From Myxococcales bacterium (GTDB lineage Bacteria > Myxococcota_A > UBA9042 > JABWCM01 > BTVJ01): a DNA stretch of 19,492 nucleotides. The notes under the pieces were generated by a model. That model was not told the DNA's origin. It ran no database searches and saw only the letters and a list, made by a program, of their open reading frames with translations. Made by a program: the position numbers and the translations under genes. Positions 1 to 6,869 of this stretch are shown piece by piece. Location: contig BTVJ01000120.1 of NCBI GenBank assembly GCA_045863395.1, forward strand, positions 1 to 19,492. The letters are read 5' to 3'. Positions within the stretch are counted from its first letter, which is position 1, and each line of letters begins with the position of its first letter.

Positions 1-174
1 GACGCCGGCTACGCGCAGAAGGTGGCGGCCTTCCAGGCGGAGGTGCTCGCAAAGGCGGAGTGGCTGGCGACGCTGTCCGACGAGGAGCGCGGCGAGGCCT
101 ACGGCAAGATGAAAGAGGCGGCGCTGGGCGAGGGCGGTGCGAAGGCGGAGCCTCCGAAGGAGGTGACGCCATGA
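1..174 (+). CDS. Partial CDS (5' truncated): C-terminus of a helical hypothetical protein
   Basis: Frame 1 is open from base 1 (DAGYAQKVAAFQAEVLAKAEWLATLSDEERGEAYGKMKEAALGEGGAKAEPPKEVTP*) with GC-rich third positions. Its TGA (172-174) overlaps the next ATG (171-173) as ATGA. Absent from the ORF track because the start is outside the window. Confidence 0.75.
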   Translation, partial: DAGYAQKVAAFQAEVLAKAEWLATLSDEERGEAYGKMKEAALGEGGAKAEPPKEVTP

Positions 175-3164
175 AGCTCACCCCTGTGCTCGCCATCCTG
201 TGTGTGGCTGGTGTCTGGAGCGATTGGAGCGACGGGAACGACGCCCAGGCCGCCACGGCCAATGACGACCGGGTCTTCCACGTGGAGCACGCCGGTCGCA
301 TCTATACCAAGCTGGTGGCAATCAACTCGACGGCGACGTGGCGTTTCCGCACGTCGGGAGCGACGGGCGGCCTCGACACGGTGCTCCACGTGTGGAACCG
401 CAGCACCGGCGCGTGGATCCGCTCCAACGACGACGTGGCGGGCGGCAACTGCACCGACCTGTTTCCCACGTCAGAGCTGACATCCTGCCGGGACATCAGC
501 CTTACCTCCGGCACGACGGTCATCGTCTTCGTCCACCGCAGGTCCAACGCGACCACCGGCACCTGCCTCTTCGAGGCGGGCGTGAAGAACGGGACCCCGG
601 TGGTCAGCGAGACCATCGAGCCGGGCGGAGACATCACGAGGCGGTGGACCATCACCGACCCCATCGAGTGGGACGAAGGCGACAAGCTCCAGTTGGCGTA
701 CACGGCCGTGCGCCCCCTGCCCAACCAGGACATCTGGACCCACGGCATGCTGCTCCCCGGCGTCCTCGCGCTGGCCGGGACCGAGAAGCTCTACGGCTAC
801 GCGTTGTCCGGGACGGCGCCCTTCGGGGACCCGTCGATCGACCCGGGGATCTGGGGCCAGCCCGCGCTCCCGCTGGCGGCCAGCTCCTCGTCGATCACGC
901 CGTACCCGAGTGGGACCTTCGCCTTCGGCTACGTGGTGGGCCACTCGTACTGGGACACGAGCCTGTATGGGAATGGGACGGTGACCCTGTACCGCAACGA
1001 CGTGGCGATCTCCGGGCGAGATCCAGACCACGACTACTTGGGCACTGAGCTGGAGATGGCGCTCGGCACATGTTGGGAGGATACCGAGTGCCCGGACGGG
1101 AACCCGAAGGACACCGACGGCGACGGCCTCCGCGACGACTGGGAGACCATTGGTGGCTGCACCTTCTACGGCTGCGAGGCACACACGAGCGATGCGATCA
1201 ACCTCGCGTACTACGGCGGCGACCCGCTGGTCCAGAATGGCTTCTTCCAGGTGGACTGGCCCCAGATCGGCGACCAGGAAGTGGACGCGTTCGGGAGGCT
1301 TGCACCCGCGCTCGCACAGATCGCTGCCGCATACGGACGTGAGATGGCCTCGACAGGAGCTTCGAAGAGCCCGATCAAGCTCTTCTTCGACTACGGCCAG
1401 CTCGCGCAGGGCGGGACTGGCGGGAACATCGGGCCGGAGAACCCGAACTTCTGCATCGCCATGGAGCCTCATCGGGAATGCACGGCGCTGACGGCCTTCC
1501 CCTGTGAGGCCGAGCCCATCGTTGACCCGCCGCCCGGCACCTGCGTGGGGAACTGCGGGGCCAACGACTCCGAGGCGGAGTGCTGGTGCGACGCAGCTTG
1601 TCACTATATGGGCGACTGTTGTGATGACGTCTGCGACGAGTGTTCGGAGAACTGTGAGTTCGATGTGTGTCTCGATGGCTACACCTGTCAGAGCCTGGGA
1701 GAGGGCCAGCCGGATGCTTGCCTACCTACATCGAGCTGTACCGGAATGAACTGCTCCTCCGGGAACGTGTGCAAGGAGATGTTTGACGGCGGGCCGACTG
1801 TGTGTGTTCCCGAGGGACTCTGTGAGACGCCGTGCGCGGCCGATCCCACAGTCCACCTGGACCACGTGGGCGAAGGCGCCACTCTGACTCCCTACAACCT
1901 GCAGCACGTGATGCGCGGCGACCCCTCGCAGCCCTATGCGTTCGTTCCGCGGAACCGCCGCGGCGTCTTCGGGGAGGTCTGGCTGCAGAACCAGTTCCCC
2001 GGGGAGGGAGCCACCAGCATGGGAGAGACGATGTTCGCCGACTACTCGTCCTGCTGCCTCCTGGGACAGGGCTGCGACAACCCCTACCCCGGCTGCAAGG
2101 ACCTGTTCCCCGGGTGGGTGGCGCTCCATCAGCCTTGGGTGGCATTCGGTGCGTCCTGGGGCGACGAACGCTACTTTCGCGTTCGTGCCTTCCACGAGTT
2201 GGGCCACATCTTCGGTCTGCTGCATGGCTGGATCGAGCAGGACGCCCAGGCAGAGTGCACCTTCGACTATGAGTGCACCGGTGACTTCGGTGTCTGCCGT
2301 GGCGGGCTATGTACGCGCGGCGTGTGGGACGTGGTGAACTTCATCAGCGTCATGTCCTACGAGTTTACGGGACCCGATGGAATCGACCTACAGGGAAAGT
2401 GGGACGCGAGCTATCTTCCCACATTGGACTACTCCAGCGGGGTCCACCAGACCGTACAAGGTTTCACGGACCGCGGCGTGAGCTGCGAGGACTCGGAGTG
2501 CCCGGACAAGGACGACGCGGAGTGCCCGATTCCGGTTCTGGATTGGGTGGAAGGTGACAAGTGCTGCCTGGAGGGTGTGTGCGTGGTCGGTGCTTTGTCG
2601 GAGAACGATGGCATCGGGGACACGTTCGGCTTGGACGTGGATCCGGGCGACCACGACGAGGCGTACATCGACAACCGTACCTTCCAGCTCTTCTGGGCCG
2701 GCTATTGCATCCGGAACCACCAGGGGTATCCTGGTGCGCCGTACTACCCGGGGGAGTGGGGGCCGGTGCCGTTGGATATCAACGAAGCCACGCACCACAT
2801 CGACTGGAATGAAAATCACGACCTGGATGAGGACCCTGTCGGTGCGTTCCTGTTCTGGAAGGACCACTGGGATGAGCAGATCGGATACTGGCAGGGCTGT
2901 GGGCCTTGGCATGCGGAGTCGAACCCCACTGTGCTCGGTCAGTCGAATGTGAAGCCCTACCGTGACACCGACGAGTGGAACTTCATGTCTCTCCGAGGCT
3001 TCCGCCACTTCGGGCTGAACCAACAGCCTGAGATGGTCTTCTCGCCTGTGTGCGGCGAGGACGAGGACATTGACTGCCCATCGGGCTTCGATTGTGAGTA
3101 CGGGAGGTGCACGGTGTCCCAAGAGGGCTACTTGCCGCGGGGCTTCCCGCCCCCGGAGCCGTAG
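171..3164 (+). CDS. Secreted metzincin zinc metalloprotease (~997 aa) with N-terminal PPC-like beta domain, DxDxDG Ca-binding (bacterial TSP3-like) motifs and Cys-rich inserts
   Basis: Start moved to ATG 171, preceded by AAGGAGGT. Signal peptide MKLTPVLAILCVAGVW; DTVLHVW...SNDD motif; DPDHDYL...E and DTDGDGLRDDWE (1110-1145); HELGHIFGLLH (2193-2225) fits HExxHxxGxxH; Met-turn SVMSY at 2346. Confidence 0.8.
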   Translation: MKLTPVLAILCVAGVWSDWSDGNDAQAATANDDRVFHVEHAGRIYTKLVAINSTATWRFRTSGATGGLDTVLHVWNRSTGAWIRSNDDVAGGNCTDLFPTSELTSCRDISLTSGTTVIVFVHRRSNATTGTCLFEAGVKNGTPVVSETIEPGGDITRRWTITDPIEWDEGDKLQLAYTAVRPLPNQDIWTHGMLLPGVLALAGTEKLYGYALSGTAPFGDPSIDPGIWGQPALPLAASSSSITPYPSGTFAFGYVVGHSYWDTSLYGNGTVTLYRNDVAISGRDPDHDYLGTELEMALGTCWEDTECPDGNPKDTDGDGLRDDWETIGGCTFYGCEAHTSDAINLAYYGGDPLVQNGFFQVDWPQIGDQEVDAFGRLAPALAQIAAAYGREMASTGASKSPIKLFFDYGQLAQGGTGGNIGPENPNFCIAMEPHRECTALTAFPCEAEPIVDPPPGTCVGNCGANDSEAECWCDAACHYMGDCCDDVCDECSENCEFDVCLDGYTCQSLGEGQPDACLPTSSCTGMNCSSGNVCKEMFDGGPTVCVPEGLCETPCAADPTVHLDHVGEGATLTPYNLQHVMRGDPSQPYAFVPRNRRGVFGEVWLQNQFPGEGATSMGETMFADYSSCCLLGQGCDNPYPGCKDLFPGWVALHQPWVAFGASWGDERYFRVRAFHELGHIFGLLHGWIEQDAQAECTFDYECTGDFGVCRGGLCTRGVWDVVNFISVMSYEFTGPDGIDLQGKWDASYLPTLDYSSGVHQTVQGFTDRGVSCEDSECPDKDDAECPIPVLDWVEGDKCCLEGVCVVGALSENDGIGDTFGLDVDPGDHDEAYIDNRTFQLFWAGYCIRNHQGYPGAPYYPGEWGPVPLDINEATHHIDWNENHDLDEDPVGAFLFWKDHWDEQIGYWQGCGPWHAESNPTVLGQSNVKPYRDTDEWNFMSLRGFRHFGLNQQPEMVFSPVCGEDEDIDCPSGFDCEYGRCTVSQEGYLPRGFPPPEP

Positions 3165-3166
3165 CC

Positions 3167-4462
3167 ATGGCGCCGTCACACGTCGCGACCAGGCTCGCCG
3201 TGTGGTTGCTGTTGGCCCTGACCCCTACCGGTTGCCGCAAGGATGCGGCGCCGGAGGGGGCGGGTCCGCTGCAATCGACGGCACAGCCAGCCACGTCAAT
3301 CACCGAGACGACGTCTGCGCCGCTCGCCCTGACCGACACTGCGGTATGGCTACAGGTCCCGCTGCGATGGCGGCTGTTGGAGATAGCGTCCCCGCTACCG
3401 CTGCCACGCGACGCTCGGGGCGGTGTCGCCATTGACTTCGCGGGAGATAGGTTGGTCGTCGTCGGGGGCTACAAGTTCAGCCCGGCCAACACCGGCCCGC
3501 TCCACGGAAACGACATCTGGACCCTCCCCTTTGAGCCGGAACTCCAGTGGGCCGAGCTTCCTGCGAGCGACCCGAGACCAACGGGGCGCATGGGGCAGGT
3601 GGTTATCGACCCCGGCAGAAGTCGAGTGATTCTGACGCTTGGGCGCACCTCGCTCATCCCGAACACCAAGTTTCTCAATGACCTCTGGACGTACGACCTC
3701 AGCTCACCAAACGCGTTTCTCCCTCTTCGGGCTCTTGCGCCGAGGCCGTTGCCGGTCAGCCCATCGCACGGAGCATTCGTCCCCCCGCGCAATGCGCTGG
3801 TCTTCCACGGCGGTGTCAGAGACAGCAAGGTGCTCTCCGATACCTGGATGCTCGAACTCGCGGAGGAGCTGCCCCGGTGGCGCCACCTGTCTTCTGGAAG
3901 CGCGGGGATGGGATCGCGGACGTCCGGGTTCCACTACTACGACCCCAAGCGCGACATGCTCATCGTCGTCGCGGGAATGAGGTGCTACCAAGGGCCGTGC
4001 AAGGTGCGCGGACCACTGGACGCTTGGGCGCTCACAGGGCTCTCCACCCCGGGAGGGGAGGAGTGGGTACAGCTCGCCCTCGACTCGGAGCTGCCCACGT
4101 CGGCCGTTGGCGGCCGTTGTGCCTACGATCCGAAAGCGGACCGCGCGGTCTGCCAGGGTCTGTGGCTCTACCCCGACTGGCCGACCAGCGACAAGTACGT
4201 CGATGTGTTCGAGACATGGACCATCGCCTCCACGGGCCCTCGCTCCGTGCGGATGCGCCGGCTCGACGTAGGTGGCTCCGAGCCCCCGATCAACATGACG
4301 GACGTCCACTACGACCCCAAGCGAGACCGGTTCGTGTTCTTCGGTGGCTGGAAGAAATACCCGAAGTCGACCTCCACTACCAACGACACGTGGGTACTTG
4401 AGCGACGTCCTGACCTGGCCTCATGCACGACGGCCGCTGCGTTGGGGGAGGTGGCGCCATGA
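3167..4462 (+). CDS. Kelch-repeat beta-propeller protein, probable lipoprotein (~431 aa)
   Basis: ATG 2 nt after the upstream stop; hydrophobic leader ending LTPTGC (imperfect lipobox). Repeated Kelch signatures: LVVVGG, LVFHGG, FVFFGG, YDPKRD, DIWTL, DLWTYDL, DTWMLEL, DTWVLE. Confidence 0.75.
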   Translation: MAPSHVATRLAVWLLLALTPTGCRKDAAPEGAGPLQSTAQPATSITETTSAPLALTDTAVWLQVPLRWRLLEIASPLPLPRDARGGVAIDFAGDRLVVVGGYKFSPANTGPLHGNDIWTLPFEPELQWAELPASDPRPTGRMGQVVIDPGRSRVILTLGRTSLIPNTKFLNDLWTYDLSSPNAFLPLRALAPRPLPVSPSHGAFVPPRNALVFHGGVRDSKVLSDTWMLELAEELPRWRHLSSGSAGMGSRTSGFHYYDPKRDMLIVVAGMRCYQGPCKVRGPLDAWALTGLSTPGGEEWVQLALDSELPTSAVGGRCAYDPKADRAVCQGLWLYPDWPTSDKYVDVFETWTIASTGPRSVRMRRLDVGGSEPPINMTDVHYDPKRDRFVFFGGWKKYPKSTSTTNDTWVLERRPDLASCTTAAALGEVAP

Positions 4463-6834
4463 TCACGAGCACCACGAAGTCTGTACGGTCGGGTGGACCA
4501 CTGAGGCTGATTCGCCACATCTCAGCAATCCTGGCTGTTGCAGCCCTCGGCCTCCTTCCGTCGCTCGCGACCGCGGCCAACCCGCCCGAGTGCTCCTACT
4601 ACACGAAGAAGCAGCTCGAGATGTGCAGCAACCCCGCACTGCAGTGCACCTGGTACGAGACGCAGATCCTCGCGCCGAGCTGTGAGGGGATGCCCAAGGC
4701 GGGCTGCTGCAGCGGAGACTACCGCGTCTTCTGCAATGAGGAGGGCTCGACGCTCTGCGCCGCCGACTGCACGAACTACTGGAGCCCCGGCCCCTGCAAG
4801 AAGTCGCTGAGCGGCCCGGCGGAATGCGCGGGCCTGCCTATTCAGCCCGGCGACCCTCTCGACTGCGCCGTGGTGCCCGCATGTGCCTGCGGCGAGCAGG
4901 AGTGCGGTGTTGGGCCGTGCCTCAAGGACTGCGGGGCCTGCCCCTCGGATCGGCCCGTGTGCACCTTCGACGGAAAGTGCGTGGAGTGCGCCCCCAAGTG
5001 TGACGGCAAGGCGTGCGGCCCCGATGGGTGTGGCGGCCCGTGCGGGCCGTGCCCGACCGGGCAGGTTTGCGTCGAGACCACGGGCGCGTGCTGCACGCCG
5101 GACTGCGCCGGCAAGTCGTGCGGCCCCGACGGGTGCGGCGGGAGCTGCGGGAGCTGCGGCGGCGCGGTCTGCACGCCAGAGGGATCCTGCGCGCCACTCG
5201 GACCCGGCTGTACGTCCGGCTCGGGCGCCGGCTGCGGCTGCGACTGCGAGGGCTGTGTCTGCGAGGAGGACCCGTTCTGCTGTGCCGTGACCTGGGACGC
5301 GCTGTGCTCAGTGGAGTGCGCAACCTGTGGTGCCGCCTGTCCCCAGGCGGCCTGCGTCCCCAACTGCGCCGGCGCGGTCTGCGGCGACCACGACGGCTGC
5401 GGCGGCTCCTGCGGGAGCTGCCCCCCAGGCACGTTCTGCGGAAAGAACGGCGGAAAGTGCCTCCCGTGCACCTGCGAGAACCGCGAGTGCGGCGACGACG
5501 GCTGTGGACACCCCTGCGGCTCGTGCCTGGGCCCAAAGAGCTGCTACAAGGGCCAGTGTGTCCAGCGCGGGTGCACAGAGGCGCCAGGGGCAGGCTGCGA
5601 CGGCTGCCCCTGCGAAGACTGCGTCTGCGCGCTCGACCCCTACTGTTGTGACGTGCAGTGGGACTCTCTCTGCGCGCAGCACTGCACGATGCAGTGCGGC
5701 GTCGCCTGCCCCTGTATACAGGTGTGCGGAGACCGGGAGTGCGGAACCGCCCAGTGCGACTTCAATCCCCACGACGCCTCCTATACGAAGTTCTGCGGCA
5801 CCTGCCCCAAGCCCGAAGTCTGCATGCCCGACGGCTGGTGCTGCGCGCCGAGCTGCGAGGGCAAGGAGTGCGGCTCGGACGGGTGCTACGACTTCTGCGG
5901 GGAGTGCGGCCCCAATGAAGTCTGCGCCGAGGGGAACTGCGTCTGCATCCCCACCTGCTGGGGGAAGGAGTGCGGGTCGAACGACTGCGGAGACCCGGAC
6001 GGCTGCGGGGTCTGCCCCTCCGGCGAATTCTGCGCCGAGGGCACGTGCGTGCCGCCGTACCCGGCGTCCTGCCTGGGCCTCGAACGGTCGAGCGCCCCCG
6101 ACTGCCCGGACGGTCTCAGCGAGGCGGGGTGCTGCGACGGTGCGGGCCGGGCGGTGTGGTGCTCCGAGGGCCGCCTCTACTGCGAGGACTGCCCCTCGTG
6201 CTCCCAGGTCTGCGGCTCCGCGCCGCAGGACGGAGACTCCCCTCCGCCGTCGTCAGGCGCCCAGCGCTGCGTCCTCCCCGAGCTCCGCACCACCGGCGCC
6301 CCATCCCTCGCCTGCACCGGGTGCTGGGCGGGCTGCCCCGCCGGCACCCGGTGCGAGGGGGGCCAGTGCGTGGCTCCCGATGACGTGGCCGGCGGTGACG
6401 TGGGCGTCGCGGACGGCGGCTCAGGGGACTTGGATGCCGCGGCGCCTGGCGACGGCGGCACCTCGATGGACGTCGCCCCGGGCGCGGACGGTGGCTCGAC
6501 GGACCAGGACGCCGCGGTGCTCATCGACGCCGGCAGTCCGATGGACGCCAGCCCGAACGCGGACGGAGCCCCGCTGCCCTCGGACGCGGCGGCGGACACG
6601 GCGACCCCATCCGACGCCCCCGGTTCCGCTGCTGACGCTCCACCCGCGACGGAGACCGCTCCCGTCCCCGACGCGGCCAGTCCCGCCTCGGATGCCGCGC
6701 CCGACGACGTCTCAGGCTCCTGCGGAGGCTGCCGCGCCTCCGGCGGTCCCCCGCTGGCGCTGCTGGGCCTCCTCTTGCTGGCCGTGGCTCGCCGCAAGCG
6801 CGAGAGGCCGGCCCCCGAGCACCTCGACGCTTGA
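4459..6834 (+). CDS. Cys-rich repeat cell-surface protein with MYXO-CTERM-like sorting signal (~791 aa)
   Basis: ATGA overlap with the upstream stop and GGAGGT SD. Signal peptide ...LLPSLATA. About 8 copies of CxxxCxGKxCGxDGCGGxCGxC, an Asp/Ala/Pro linker, and a C-terminal SGSCGGCRASGG-PLALLGLLLLAV-ARRKRE (Gly/Cys motif, TM helix, basic tail). Confidence 0.8.
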   Translation: MITSTTKSVRSGGPLRLIRHISAILAVAALGLLPSLATAANPPECSYYTKKQLEMCSNPALQCTWYETQILAPSCEGMPKAGCCSGDYRVFCNEEGSTLCAADCTNYWSPGPCKKSLSGPAECAGLPIQPGDPLDCAVVPACACGEQECGVGPCLKDCGACPSDRPVCTFDGKCVECAPKCDGKACGPDGCGGPCGPCPTGQVCVETTGACCTPDCAGKSCGPDGCGGSCGSCGGAVCTPEGSCAPLGPGCTSGSGAGCGCDCEGCVCEEDPFCCAVTWDALCSVECATCGAACPQAACVPNCAGAVCGDHDGCGGSCGSCPPGTFCGKNGGKCLPCTCENRECGDDGCGHPCGSCLGPKSCYKGQCVQRGCTEAPGAGCDGCPCEDCVCALDPYCCDVQWDSLCAQHCTMQCGVACPCIQVCGDRECGTAQCDFNPHDASYTKFCGTCPKPEVCMPDGWCCAPSCEGKECGSDGCYDFCGECGPNEVCAEGNCVCIPTCWGKECGSNDCGDPDGCGVCPSGEFCAEGTCVPPYPASCLGLERSSAPDCPDGLSEAGCCDGAGRAVWCSEGRLYCEDCPSCSQVCGSAPQDGDSPPPSSGAQRCVLPELRTTGAPSLACTGCWAGCPAGTRCEGGQCVAPDDVAGGDVGVADGGSGDLDAAAPGDGGTSMDVAPGADGGSTDQDAAVLIDAGSPMDASPNADGAPLPSDAAADTATPSDAPGSAADAPPATETAPVPDAASPASDAAPDDVSGSCGGCRASGGPPLALLGLLLLAVARRKRERPAPEHLDA
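4882..6048 (+). repeat. Intragenic array of ~8 Cys-rich repeats interrupted by two DP(F/Y)CC..WD..C modules
   Basis: Translated units such as CAPKCDGKACGPDGCGGPCGPC, CTPDCAGKSCGPDGCGGSCGSC and CAPSCEGKECGSDGCYDFCGEC, arranged 3 + module + 2 + module + 3. Confidence 0.8.
6409..6594 (+). repeat. Degenerate 75-bp (25-aa) tandem repeat, about 2.5 copies, in the Asp/Ala/Gly linker
   Basis: ADGGSGDLDAAAPGDGGTSMDVAPG (6409), ADGGSTDQDAAVLIDAGSPMDASPN (6484), ADGAPLPSDAAA (6559). Confidence 0.65.
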
Positions 6835-6859
6835 CGCCCCGCTCTCCGGGTGGCATTCC
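6831..6859 (+). promoter_or_regulatory. Possible sigma70-type promoter for mutL-miaA
   Basis: TTGACG (6831-6836), 17-nt spacer ending TGG, weak -10 CATTCC (6854-6859), 10 nt before ATG 6870. No SD sequence. Confidence 0.3.
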
Positions 6860-6869
6860 TGCGGGTCCC

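Noticed and set aside
60..170. N-terminal extension of the 1034-aa ORF from GTG 60
   Set aside because: Overlaps a better frame-1 gene; ATG 171 has a strong SD and a signal peptide.
1020..1145. DTDGDG..D.WE motif as evidence for a binary toxin B / protective-antigen component
   Set aside because: It is a generic Ca-binding motif; no other pore-forming-toxin features are visible and the protein has a metzincin site.
1581..1605. CDAACH here (and CDCH in the 18159 protein) as heme c sites
   Set aside because: Spacing is CxxxCH or CxCH rather than CxxCH, and both lie within disulfide-module patterns.
4882..6048. Cys-rich segments as RiPP precursors or metallothionein
   Set aside because: They lie inside a large exported protein and no modifying enzymes are in the window.
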